From assembly GCA_036001325.1 (NCBI GenBank), contig DASYUK010000484.1, positions 1 to 52,988 on the forward strand: a DNA stretch of 52,988 nucleotides, written 5' to 3'. Under the pieces are notes generated by a model. It saw only the letters and a program-made list of their open reading frames with translations. It was not told the origin of the DNA and did no database searches. Position 1 is the stretch's first letter. The number at the start of each line of letters is the position of its first letter. This document shows, in pieces, positions 21,026 through 28,921 of this stretch. The translations under genes were made by a program, and so were the position numbers. Origin of the DNA: Thermoanaerobaculia bacterium (lineage in GTDB: Bacteria; Acidobacteriota; Thermoanaerobaculia; Gp7-AA8).

Positions 21026-21082
21026 CGAAGGATCTCGACAGCGATCTAACGCCGAAGAGATCCTTCGCTCCGCTCAGGACGA
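21026..21082. repeat. Palindromic intergenic element (family C)
   Basis: Inverted repeat CGAAGGATCTC (21026-21036) / GAGATCCTTCG (21057-21067), followed by CTCCGCTCAGGACGAC. Confidence 0.65.
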
Positions 21083-21088
21083 CGTTGC

Positions 21089-21793
21089 TCACATGGTTTT
21101 TTGTCCCTGCGAAGCCTGCTGCGCCGCCTTGCGCGCCTTGAGATTGGCCAGTTCCTGCTTCGCCTGAACGTCGCCGGTCTGATTTCGCAGAGCCGCCAGC
21201 CGCGAGTCGAGCGACGAGTCCGACAGCTCCTTGGTCAGATTGGCCTCGGCGATCGTGTTCTTGATGTGGTTCCGGACCGTGTCGAGCGCTCTGACCTCAT
21301 CGTCGACCGAGAGCCCATCGAGTTGCTCCTGGATTCTCAATCGCGCCTGTGCCGACTGCATCTTGGCCATCATCACGTCGCGCTCGCCCTTCAGCTTCCG
21401 GATCTCCGACTGTACGGACACGAGCGATTGCTTCGCCGAGTTGGCATCCGAATGCGCCGACTCCATGTCCGTCTTCAGTTCGGCCAGATCAGCGGTGAGC
21501 TGATTCTTCTTCTGGATCAGGACGACCGCCAGATCGTCCTGATTGGTCTCCACAGCCGTGTTCAGCTCCCCGTCCGTTTGCGCCAGGTCGGCCGTTGTCC
21601 TTTTGTAACGCTCGTCGAGATCTTCCCGGCGCCGGATGATCGCCGCCGTAGCGCTCTTGAGCTTCGCGTACTTGCCGACCATCGAGTTGATGGCGTTCTC
21701 GTAAGCGATCTCCGGATGCTCTTTCTCGATGTCGGCGATCCACAGCGAGAGAAAACCCCTCCAGAGATTGCCGAGACGATTGATCAGACCCAT
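21089..21793 (-). CDS. pspA: PspA/IM30 (ESCRT-III-like) family protein
   Basis: Amphipathic N-terminal helix ([18 protein letters not shown]), [13 protein letters not shown], long coiled coils, and the C-terminal LDSRLAAL...ELANLKA pattern; strong RBS AGGAGG. Confidence 0.88.
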   Translation of the reverse strand: MGLINRLGNLWRGFLSLWIADIEKEHPEIAYENAINSMVGKYAKLKSATAAIIRRREDLDERYKRTTADLAQTDGELNTAVETNQDDLAVVLIQKKNQLTADLAELKTDMESAHSDANSAKQSLVSVQSEIRKLKGERDVMMAKMQSAQARLRIQEQLDGLSVDDEVRALDTVRNHIKNTIAEANLTKELSDSSLDSRLAALRNQTGDVQAKQELANLKARKAAQQASQGQKTM

Positions 21794-21804
21794 GGACCCC
21801 TCCT

Positions 21805-22461
21805 TCAGGAATGGTCACTGCTCTTCGGCTCATGAAGCTTGGGCGACTCACGGACGACCTTCGCCACTGCTTCCTGACCGAAGAATTCGAGCACTTTCTG
21901 CACTTCGAGCTTGCGTGAGTTGCAACTCTTCACGACGGCCTGCTGCTCCGTCACACGATCTTGCATGATCTGTCGAAGTTTTACGATTTCGTCCTCATAT
22001 TGTTTGATGCGCTGGTCGGCCTCGTCGGCCACTTTCTGTGTGTCGTCGGCGCCGGAGCGGATGTATGCCTCGAGTGCCTGAATCTGCTGAGCTCCCGCTT
22101 CGATGATGTTGTCGATCGGCACTCCGAAGGCTTTCAAGGACGCGAAGACGATCTGCTTCTTGACGTTGGCGTCCGTGTCGCCCGACAACGAATTCAGCAG
22201 GTCGAGCGTGCGCGTGACGCGCTCCCGCTGCTCGGCCCCAATTCCGGCGGCGTCGAAAACCTTTTCGAAATCGACGGTACCACCGGGAGCCGGCGGAGGC
22301 GCGCTGCTGAAGACGTTGAGGGGCTCGGTTGGAGCGCGGCGCCCACCGCCCCGCCGCTGCGTCTCTGGCGGTTGAGCGCCGGACGGAGTGGTGTCAGATG
22401 CAGGATCCTGCACGACGAACCAACCCATGACTGTTGATCCCCAACCCTTCTTGTCGGCCAT
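21805..22461 (-). CDS. Hypothetical protein (first gene of the PspA operon)
   Basis: N-terminal [14 protein letters not shown], a Pro/Gly-rich linker, a helical domain and a C-terminal coiled coil; 11 bp upstream of pspA. Confidence 0.8.
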   Translation of the reverse strand: MADKKGWGSTVMGWFVVQDPASDTTPSGAQPPETQRRGGGRRAPTEPLNVFSSAPPPAPGGTVDFEKVFDAAGIGAEQRERVTRTLDLLNSLSGDTDANVKKQIVFASLKAFGVPIDNIIEAGAQQIQALEAYIRSGADDTQKVADEADQRIKQYEDEIVKLRQIMQDRVTEQQAVVKSCNSRKLEVQKVLEFFGQEAVAKVVRESPKLHEPKSSDHS

Positions 22462-22475
22462 CAGGCGAAACGAAA

Positions 22476-22484
22476 ATCATAGCA
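22476..22484 (-). promoter_or_regulatory. Candidate extended -10 promoter of the PspA operon
   Basis: TG-C-TATGAT on the minus strand, ending 15 nt before the ATG at 22461. Confidence 0.45.
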
Positions 22485-22568
22485 GAGGGCCGTACGACGG
22501 CCTTCGCCGGCGCATTGAAGCGCACCGCTACACCACTCTCCGGCGTTACCATTTCATCACTGAGTCGC

Positions 22569-23633
22569 GTGGCACTGAAACCGGGCGAGAAACCGACCAT
22601 CACCATCCTGTACGACGCGCAGGAAGAGAAGGAGCGCGAAGGTGCGCTCGCGCGCGGCGAGAAGTTTCCGACGCTCGTCTCACAGCAGATCGAAGAGGTG
22701 CTCACGAAGCGCGGCTACACCATCAAAAAGCTCGCCGCGAATCCGCCGATCAAGAAACTCGTCCGCCAGCTCGAAGACGACAACTCCGACCTCATCTTCA
22801 ACATCTGCGAATCCCTCGGCGGCGACGGTGAGGAAGAACGCCGCATCGCCTCGATGCTCGAGCTGCTCGACAAGCGCTTCACCGGCAACGCATCGCTGGG
22901 GATCACGCTGGCCGGCGACAAGTCGCTGGCGAAAAAACTCTTCGAGTTCCATGAAGTCTCTTCGCCCGACTTCACCATCGTTTCCCCCGGACATACCGAG
23001 GGGACGCAGAATCTCGACAAGTTCCCGCTGATCGTGAAGCCGATCGCCACCGACGCATCGATCGGCATCAACAAGAAATCGGTCGTCGGCACCGTTCATG
23101 AGTTGATGGATCAGATCTTCGCCGTTCATCAGGAGTTCAAGACTGCCGCCCTCGTCGAGGAGTACATCGATGGGCGCGAAATCTACATGGCACTCCTCGG
23201 CAATCCGCCGACGATGCTCACGCCGATCGAGTGGGATCTTTCGAAGCTTCCCGACGGCATGCCGAAAATCGCCGGCACGGAAGCGAAATGGGAAGAGTGG
23301 AAAAACCCGGAGCTGAAGGCGGCGAAGGAGTTCGTCCCTGAGGACATCGTCGCCAATGCGGCCATGATGTCCAAACTTCAGGCCGCTGCGACGGGCGCCT
23401 GGAAAGCATTACAGATCAGAGATTACGCCCGAATCGACATCCGCCTCCGCGCCGACGGCACGCCGTATGTACTGGAAGTCAATCCGAACCCATGGCTCGA
23501 CAAGTCGGCGGAATTCGCGATGGCGGCCCGAAAGTCGAAGCCGGAGATGTCGTACGGCGACTTGATCGAGAAGATCATCGAGATCGCCATGAGCCGGCCG
23601 ATGCGCGACCGGGTTTCGGCCAACGGCCGATAA
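22569..23633 (+). CDS. ATP-grasp protein, D-Ala-D-Ala ligase-like
   Basis: LIFNICE, FTGN, DKSLAK, PLIVKPIATDASIGI, LVEEYIDGRE, YARIDIR and LEVNPNP motifs. It lacks the canonical Ddl N-terminal GGxSxEH. Start placed at GTG 22569. Confidence 0.85.
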   Translation: MALKPGEKPTITILYDAQEEKEREGALARGEKFPTLVSQQIEEVLTKRGYTIKKLAANPPIKKLVRQLEDDNSDLIFNICESLGGDGEEERRIASMLELLDKRFTGNASLGITLAGDKSLAKKLFEFHEVSSPDFTIVSPGHTEGTQNLDKFPLIVKPIATDASIGINKKSVVGTVHELMDQIFAVHQEFKTAALVEEYIDGREIYMALLGNPPTMLTPIEWDLSKLPDGMPKIAGTEAKWEEWKNPELKAAKEFVPEDIVANAAMMSKLQAAATGAWKALQIRDYARIDIRLRADGTPYVLEVNPNPWLDKSAEFAMAARKSKPEMSYGDLIEKIIEIAMSRPMRDRVSANGR

Positions 23634-24649
23634 GCTGGCACGAGGAGCGCGAGACCCTCCTCCGTTCCCGCATCAGCGATCTCAATCTCAGGATCGAAGG
23701 AAGCGAGCTCGAGCCGCTCGTCCATCGACTCTACGAAGAGCTCGAAGGCGCCGGACTCCAATTCAAGCCACCGATTTATCTCAGCGACGAGTGGGGTTGC
23801 CCGGAGGGCGTACCGATCATCGGCGTGCCGTTCTATCTCGCGCATCCGAAGCTCGCGCGTCTGGAGCAGGAGATCGCCGAGAACCTGGAGACGGCCGAAG
23901 ACTCGATGATGTATCTGCGCCACGAAGCGGGCCACGCGTTCAACTATGCGTACGTGCTCTACGAAGACGAAGAGTGGCACCGCATCTTCGGTCCGTACTC
24001 GCGCCCGTACATGGAGAACTACAAGCCGAATCCATTCTCACGCGAGTTCGTGCGCCACATCGCCGGATGGTATGCGCAGAAGCATCCCGATGAAGATTTC
24101 GCGGAGACGTTCGCGGTGTGGCTCGACCCGAGCTCGAATTGGCGACAGGAGTACGCTGGCAGCCCGGCGCTGACGAAGCTCGAATATGTCGATCGGCTGG
24201 CACGCAGCATCGGCAAGCAGCCACCGAAAGTGCCACCGCGCGAGCGCGACGCGCCGGTCGAGGAGCTGCGCTACACACTCAGCGATTACTACGCGCATCG
24301 CGATGATGCGACACGGCTGCAGATTCCGCGCTGGTTCGATGGCGATCTGAAGCAGCTCTTCGAGACAGAGAAGGGTGACGGTCGCTCGCCGGCGGAGCCG
24401 CTGCTGCGGGAGAAGCGGCTCGACTTCATCGGTGAGGTCACGTACTGGACCGGCGTGCCCATGCGTGTCGTGCGCTCGCTCGTCGATCACCTGCTCGAGC
24501 GCATCGCCGCGCTGGAGTTGCAGGTGATCGAAAAGGAGCGCGACCGATACGTCATCTCATTCAGCGCGATGGTGACGACGCTGGCGACGAACTATCTGCG
24601 CCACGAGCAGTTCGTTCCGGAGAGTCGCGTTCGCAGAGAAGATCGGTGA
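23630..24649 (+). CDS. Putative zinc-binding metallopeptidase (Peptidase_Mx-like)
   Basis: HExxH in YLRHEAGHAFNY, plus SDEWGCP, PFYLAHP and AQKHPDEDFAETFAVW. The start is uncertain: ATA at 23630, or ATG at 23492 deep inside the upstream gene. Confidence 0.85.
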   Translation: MSWHEERETLLRSRISDLNLRIEGSELEPLVHRLYEELEGAGLQFKPPIYLSDEWGCPEGVPIIGVPFYLAHPKLARLEQEIAENLETAEDSMMYLRHEAGHAFNYAYVLYEDEEWHRIFGPYSRPYMENYKPNPFSREFVRHIAGWYAQKHPDEDFAETFAVWLDPSSNWRQEYAGSPALTKLEYVDRLARSIGKQPPKVPPRERDAPVEELRYTLSDYYAHRDDATRLQIPRWFDGDLKQLFETEKGDGRSPAEPLLREKRLDFIGEVTYWTGVPMRVVRSLVDHLLERIAALELQVIEKERDRYVISFSAMVTTLATNYLRHEQFVPESRVRREDR

Positions 24650-25292
24650 AGACGAAGCCGTCGCGTTCGACGGTTTCTCCGGTGCAGATGCTGATCGGTC
24701 GCTCGAACATCGGGCCGGCATGCGCGAATGTGTGAAACTCGCCGCGCTCGCCGCACGGGTCGACGGTCGCGGGAAGCTCGTCGAGCAGCGCATGATCAAA
24801 CTCGCGACCGGCAAAGCGCGGCGGAAGCACACGCGGGTCGATACAACTGATTCGCGCGCGCAATCCTCCGTCGATCATCTCCCGGGCCAGCGCATCGGTC
24901 GGCCGCTCCCACAGCGGGAAAACCGGCTCGATTCCCGAGCCGGCCAGCCGTTGCTCGCGATATTCGCGAATGTCGCGCAGAAAGAGATCACCGAATGCGA
25001 TGCACTCGATGTTCTCGGCGACCGCTCGTTGCACAGCAGCGAGCATCCGCGCGTCATAGTCGACGTTCGAGCACGGCGATGGGATCTCGATCTTCCATAG
25101 CGGCAATCCGGCGGCAGCGGCTTGCATCTCGAGCAACTCGCGCCGGACGCCGTGCATCGATACGCGGTCGAACTGTCGCGTGACCGTCGTCAGCAGCGCA
25201 ACGACTTCAAAGCGCGGATCGGAGCGAAGCAGGTGCAGTGACCACGCGGAATCCTTGCCGCTGCTCCACGAGAGAATCGTCCGTCGTTTCAT
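24561..25292 (-). CDS. PP-loop ATPase, diphthamide synthase (Dph6/MJ0570)-like
   Basis: LSWSSGKDS, SMHGVR, AFGDLFL, FPLW and DPCGERGEFHTF motifs. Start ATG 25292. Confidence 0.88.
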   Translation of the reverse strand: MKRRTILSWSSGKDSAWSLHLLRSDPRFEVVALLTTVTRQFDRVSMHGVRRELLEMQAAAAGLPLWKIEIPSPCSNVDYDARMLAAVQRAVAENIECIAFGDLFLRDIREYREQRLAGSGIEPVFPLWERPTDALAREMIDGGLRARISCIDPRVLPPRFAGREFDHALLDELPATVDPCGERGEFHTFAHAGPMFERPISICTGETVERDGFVFTDLLCERDSPERTARGADSSSPASSPSR

Positions 25293-26151
25293 CAAGAATC
25301 TCCGCAAGGATCTCCAGGCTCTCGACGATTCGAGGACCGGGCCGGTTGAAATATTGATTGCCGTCAGCAACAAACACATTGCCCATTCGAACGGCCCGAA
25401 GCTCGTGCCACGCCGCTTGCGAAGTGAGCAGCGGCATATCGGCGAGCGTGCGATCGATCGAGAATCCGCACGGGAACACGACGATCACATCAGGATCCGC
25501 GCGGATGAACGTCTCCAGATCGATCCACGGTGAGTGTTCTCCGGCTCGGCCGAAGAGATTCTCGCCACCGGCCATTTCGATCAGCTCCGGGATCCAGTTG
25601 CCGGCAGCCATCAGCGGCGAGAGCCACTCGATCGTCGCCACGCGAGGCCGCGGGCCGGCTCGGTGAGGGCGCACAGTGATCGCCTCCATGCGGCTGCGCA
25701 TCGACGATACGACCTCGCACGGATCGCGGCCGATCGCGTGTGCCACCGACGCAACATCGTCGAGGATGCCGTCGATCGTGCCCGGATTCAGGGCCACGAT
25801 GCGTGGACGGCCCTCGACGCCCATCCAACTGGCGATGCTCGCCTCGACGTCACGCAGGCTCACCGCGCAGACATCGCACTGCACCTGCGTCACGATGACG
25901 TCGGGCCGCAGCTCACGAAGCAGCTCCGAATGAACGCGGTAAACGCTGATGTCGTTGCGGAGAATCTCCGTGACGCTCGCGTGAATCTCGTTCGAATCGC
26001 CGTCGACGCGTACCTTCGGCTCGGTGCACGCCGGAAGGCTCGCCACCGACGCCGGAAAATCGCACTCGTGCGAGCGGCCAACCAGATCACCGGCTGCTCC
26101 GAGCGCGCAGACGATCTCCGTCGCGCTCGGCAGCAGGGAGACGATCCTCAT
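25207..26151 (-). CDS. BtuF-like (Peripla_BP_2) cobalamin-binding protein, no signal peptide
   Basis: MRIVSLLPSATEIVCALG, VGRSHECDFP, LRPDVIVTQ, WIPELIEMAGG and FNRPGPRIVESLE motifs; ATG overlaps the upstream TGA (ATGA at 26148-26151). Confidence 0.85.
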   Translation of the reverse strand: MRIVSLLPSATEIVCALGAAGDLVGRSHECDFPASVASLPACTEPKVRVDGDSNEIHASVTEILRNDISVYRVHSELLRELRPDVIVTQVQCDVCAVSLRDVEASIASWMGVEGRPRIVALNPGTIDGILDDVASVAHAIGRDPCEVVSSMRSRMEAITVRPHRAGPRPRVATIEWLSPLMAAGNWIPELIEMAGGENLFGRAGEHSPWIDLETFIRADPDVIVVFPCGFSIDRTLADMPLLTSQAAWHELRAVRMGNVFVADGNQYFNRPGPRIVESLEILAEILDETTDDSLVEQRQGFRVVTAPASLRSAL

Positions 26152-26678
26152 CGGGAGCTCGCCGCGAAGATCGGCACTCGGCGCTCGGCCCAGACGAACG
26201 CTCCGAAGAGCAGCGCCGAATACAGAAGGTCGCCGATCAGCATCGTGCCGTAGAACGGAATCGCCGCCACGTAACATGCGATCAGGCCGGCGAGAGTCTT
26301 CGGATACAACGTGCTGATCGTCCACATCGCAAAGTTCGTGACGATGTAGAAGATCGTTGCCGACGCCACTGCGCCGCCGGCCACATAACCCGGCGATCGC
26401 CGCCGCTCGCGCAACAGCATTCCGAGAACGACGATCAGCGCGAAGGTCGCGTAGATCACGGGCATCAGCGAGTGATAGCCGATCACACTGTCGCTGATGA
26501 ACATCGCCGTCAGTGGAACGATGAAGGCCCAACGCCTCCGATCGAAGCAGGCGCCGGAGAAGAGCGACACCGCTCCGACCGGTGTGAGATTCCATGGATG
26601 CGGCAACTGGCGCATCACCGTGCAGAAGACCACGAGAGCGATTCCGAGGATGAGGCGTGCGTTTGTGCGTTGATTCAT
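26148..26678 (-). CDS. DUF6580-like integral membrane protein (putative transporter)
   Basis: About six TM segments; PHPWNLTPVGAVSLFSGA, ISDSVIG and IFYIVTNFAMW...YP...GLIACYVAAIPF motifs; RBS AGGAG before ATG 26678. Confidence 0.78.
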   Translation of the reverse strand: MNQRTNARLILGIALVVFCTVMRQLPHPWNLTPVGAVSLFSGACFDRRRWAFIVPLTAMFISDSVIGYHSLMPVIYATFALIVVLGMLLRERRRSPGYVAGGAVASATIFYIVTNFAMWTISTLYPKTLAGLIACYVAAIPFYGTMLIGDLLYSALLFGAFVWAERRVPIFAASSR

Positions 26679-26688
26679 GGCTGTGCTC

Positions 26689-28518
26689 CTAACGCAATGA
26701 ATACCGAATGCCGGCAATGAGGCGCCTCGTCGCCGACGGATATCCGAAGACCTCGTCGTAACGCCGATTCGTGGCGTTCTCCACTTTCACGAAGGGCGTG
26801 AACGCGCCGGCGTTGTAGCGGAGCGTCACGTCCGCGGTCGTATACGCAGCGTTGATCACCGCGCCGAACGGCGCCAGATCGGTAACGTCAGGACGCTCGC
26901 CGGAGTGAATGACGACAAGTTCCGCCGACACCGGATTGAAGTCATAGCCCAGAGACAATGAGCCTGAATTTTTCGGCCTTCGCGCGAGCTGCTTTTCCGT
27001 GTCGGCATCGATCGCTTTCAACCACGTGTAGCTGACCGCGCCCGAGAAATTGCCGAGCCGCCGCGATGCTGATCCCTCGACACCATGTGCACGAGCCCGG
27101 GCGATGTTGCCGAAGCGATTCGCCGCAACGTCGTAAACGATCAGATCGTCGTATTCGCTTCGAAATGCGGTGAGCGAGATCGTCGCTTGCCGGATGTAGC
27201 GATCGAATCCGATCTCAACGTTTCGCGAGCGCTCGGCATCGAGTTGTGGATTGCCGAAGAAAGGCGCGTACAGCTCCCCGATCGCCGGAGCACGGAAACC
27301 CGCGCCGTATGCCGCTCGCCATTTCGAATTGCCTGCGATCCACGCAATCGCGACTCGAGGCGAGACCTGACTGCCGAACGTATCGAAACGATCGTACCGG
27401 GCACCCACCGCCAATTCGAGCGCACCGCTGTTGAGCTGTTTCGAGAAACGGTCTTCTGCGAAGAACGAACGGCTGTCGCGCGACCGATGACGAACGTCCA
27501 GTCCGAACGAGTCGGTGTGATCAACGCTGGCGCGCTCCACTTCGACGCCGATCGTGATCACGCCCGCGACGCTGCGCCGCGACTGTGCCGTCAGACGTGC
27601 CGTGCGGCTCGACGCATCGGTATTGCCGAACTCCGCCCCGAAGGGAGCGTCCGGATCGCCGAACTTCTCGCTCCGCTCGCTGTCGGATAAGCGCAGGTCG
27701 TACTGAATGTCCGCCGCTCTGAAGCGAATCGGCAGAGCGATCTGTGATTCGGAACCTTTCTCGCGCCGATGCAGCGTCGGCACGAATGCGGTGAACGTGC
27801 GGTTCACGTTGCGCGGGATGCCGAGGTCATAGCGGTTGTTTCGGGCGACGAGAGCGAGAGACAGATTTGGTTGCGGCGTTGCCTGCACTCCGGCCACGAC
27901 CGTGTCGGCAGTGAAATCATCATTCGGCGCAAAACCGTCATCATCGCGATGCTCGATGGCGCCGTGCATCGTCCAGATGCCTTTCACCAGCGCACCCGAC
28001 ACGAGACCGTTTCTCAAGCCATTTCCGCCGCCGGCCACATCGACGCGCAATTCGCTCTGCGTCGGGGTCGTCAGGACGTTCACCACACCGCTGACCGCTT
28101 CTGAACCATAGAGTGCCGAGTAAGGTCCGCGAATGATCTCGATCTTCTCGACGCCGGCGGTCGAAAGCTGGCCGAAGTTGTAGCCGGAGAGATAGGGATT
28201 GTTCATCTGCACGCCGTTCCATAGAACGAGCGCCTGCTTGGAGCTGCCGCCGCGGATGAAGAGACTGGTGAACTTCCCCGGCGATCCGGTGCGCGCGATG
28301 GCGAGGCCCGGCACTTCGCGAAGAACGTCGGCGACGTCGCGCGCCTGCTGCTTGTCGATGTCTTCGCGGGTGATCACGCTGACCGCCGCCGGCGTCGATT
28401 CGAGGCTCTCCGGAATCGATGACGCGGTGACGACGATCCGCTCGCCGACGCTCGGCGTCTGTGCGGCGAGCGAAACACTGGTGATGAAGATGAGAACGGC
28501 GACGAGAAACGGCTTCAT
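26689..28518 (-). CDS. btuB: TonB-dependent cobalamin receptor
   Basis: Signal peptide, plug motifs (IVVTAS, DVLREVPG, IEIIRGPYSALYGSEAVSGVVN) and a beta-barrel C-terminus; lies directly downstream of a cobalamin riboswitch. Confidence 0.88.
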   Translation of the reverse strand: MKPFLVAVLIFITSVSLAAQTPSVGERIVVTASSIPESLESTPAAVSVITREDIDKQQARDVADVLREVPGLAIARTGSPGKFTSLFIRGGSSKQALVLWNGVQMNNPYLSGYNFGQLSTAGVEKIEIIRGPYSALYGSEAVSGVVNVLTTPTQSELRVDVAGGGNGLRNGLVSGALVKGIWTMHGAIEHRDDDGFAPNDDFTADTVVAGVQATPQPNLSLALVARNNRYDLGIPRNVNRTFTAFVPTLHRREKGSESQIALPIRFRAADIQYDLRLSDSERSEKFGDPDAPFGAEFGNTDASSRTARLTAQSRRSVAGVITIGVEVERASVDHTDSFGLDVRHRSRDSRSFFAEDRFSKQLNSGALELAVGARYDRFDTFGSQVSPRVAIAWIAGNSKWRAAYGAGFRAPAIGELYAPFFGNPQLDAERSRNVEIGFDRYIRQATISLTAFRSEYDDLIVYDVAANRFGNIARARAHGVEGSASRRLGNFSGAVSYTWLKAIDADTEKQLARRPKNSGSLSLGYDFNPVSAELVVIHSGERPDVTDLAPFGAVINAAYTTADVTLRYNAGAFTPFVKVENATNRRYDEVFGYPSATRRLIAGIRYSLR

Positions 28519-28559
28519 GGCAACTCCTTCCCTCCGAAGAGGCCAGATTGAGGTGAAGC

Positions 28560-28745
28560 GTCTGAAGCAGCCGGTCTCCTGGCTTCCGGGTCATCCTCAC
28601 CACGCTCCCTTCCCGCTTTCGCAGTGGGGGTCGATCGCGACCGTGCGTGGATCGTCTCCGGTTACAGTGGCGGGGGCCGCGCCGGCATCACACCGGCTTC
28701 CCTCGAGCGAACGCACCCGCGTCCGCTCATGCCGCATCAGAACTC
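28560..28745 (-). promoter_or_regulatory. Cobalamin (AdoCbl-class) riboswitch
   Basis: Minus strand reads GGGAAGCCGGTGTGATGCCGGCGCGGCCCCCGCCACTGTAA ... CCCACTGCGAAAGCGGGAAGG ... AAGCCAGGAGACCGGC. A CCTC-TTCG-GAGG hairpin sits next to the btuB RBS. Confidence 0.95.
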
Positions 28746-28767
28746 AGTTGTGAAAGAACGAGCATGG

Positions 28768-28776
28768 ATCATAACA
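28768..28776 (-). promoter_or_regulatory. Candidate extended -10 promoter of the B12 operon
   Basis: TG-T-TATGAT on the minus strand, about 20 nt upstream of the riboswitch. Confidence 0.5.
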
Positions 28777-28864
28777 GGTCGTGGGTCGTGGGTCGTCGGT
28801 ACCGGGGGCCTCGTCGCCTGAGGCGCTGCAGCCCCCGGTACCTACGACCTACGACCCACGACCC
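28772..28864. repeat. Palindromic intergenic repeat with tandem heptamer arms (family A)
   Basis: GGTCGTG repeats on the left and ACCTACG/ACCCACG repeats on the right; inner perfect inverted repeat GGTACCGGGGGC/GCCCCCGGTACC. Confidence 0.88.
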
Positions 28865-28921
28865 ATCACTGTTTGACACTGTCGGACCTCGTCGCTACTC
28901 TCGTTTTGCGGCGGCAACACG

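Noticed and set aside
22569-23633. Annotating the ATP-grasp gene as the housekeeping ddl
   Set aside because: It lacks the N-terminal GGxSxEH and HGxxGEDG motifs of true Ddl, is not in a mur/dcw context, and is paired with a peptidase.
26152-26595. N-terminal extension of the BtuF-like ORF (would make a 462-aa protein)
   Set aside because: It lies entirely within the DUF6580-like CDS in another frame; ATGA coupling at 26148-26151 marks the real start.
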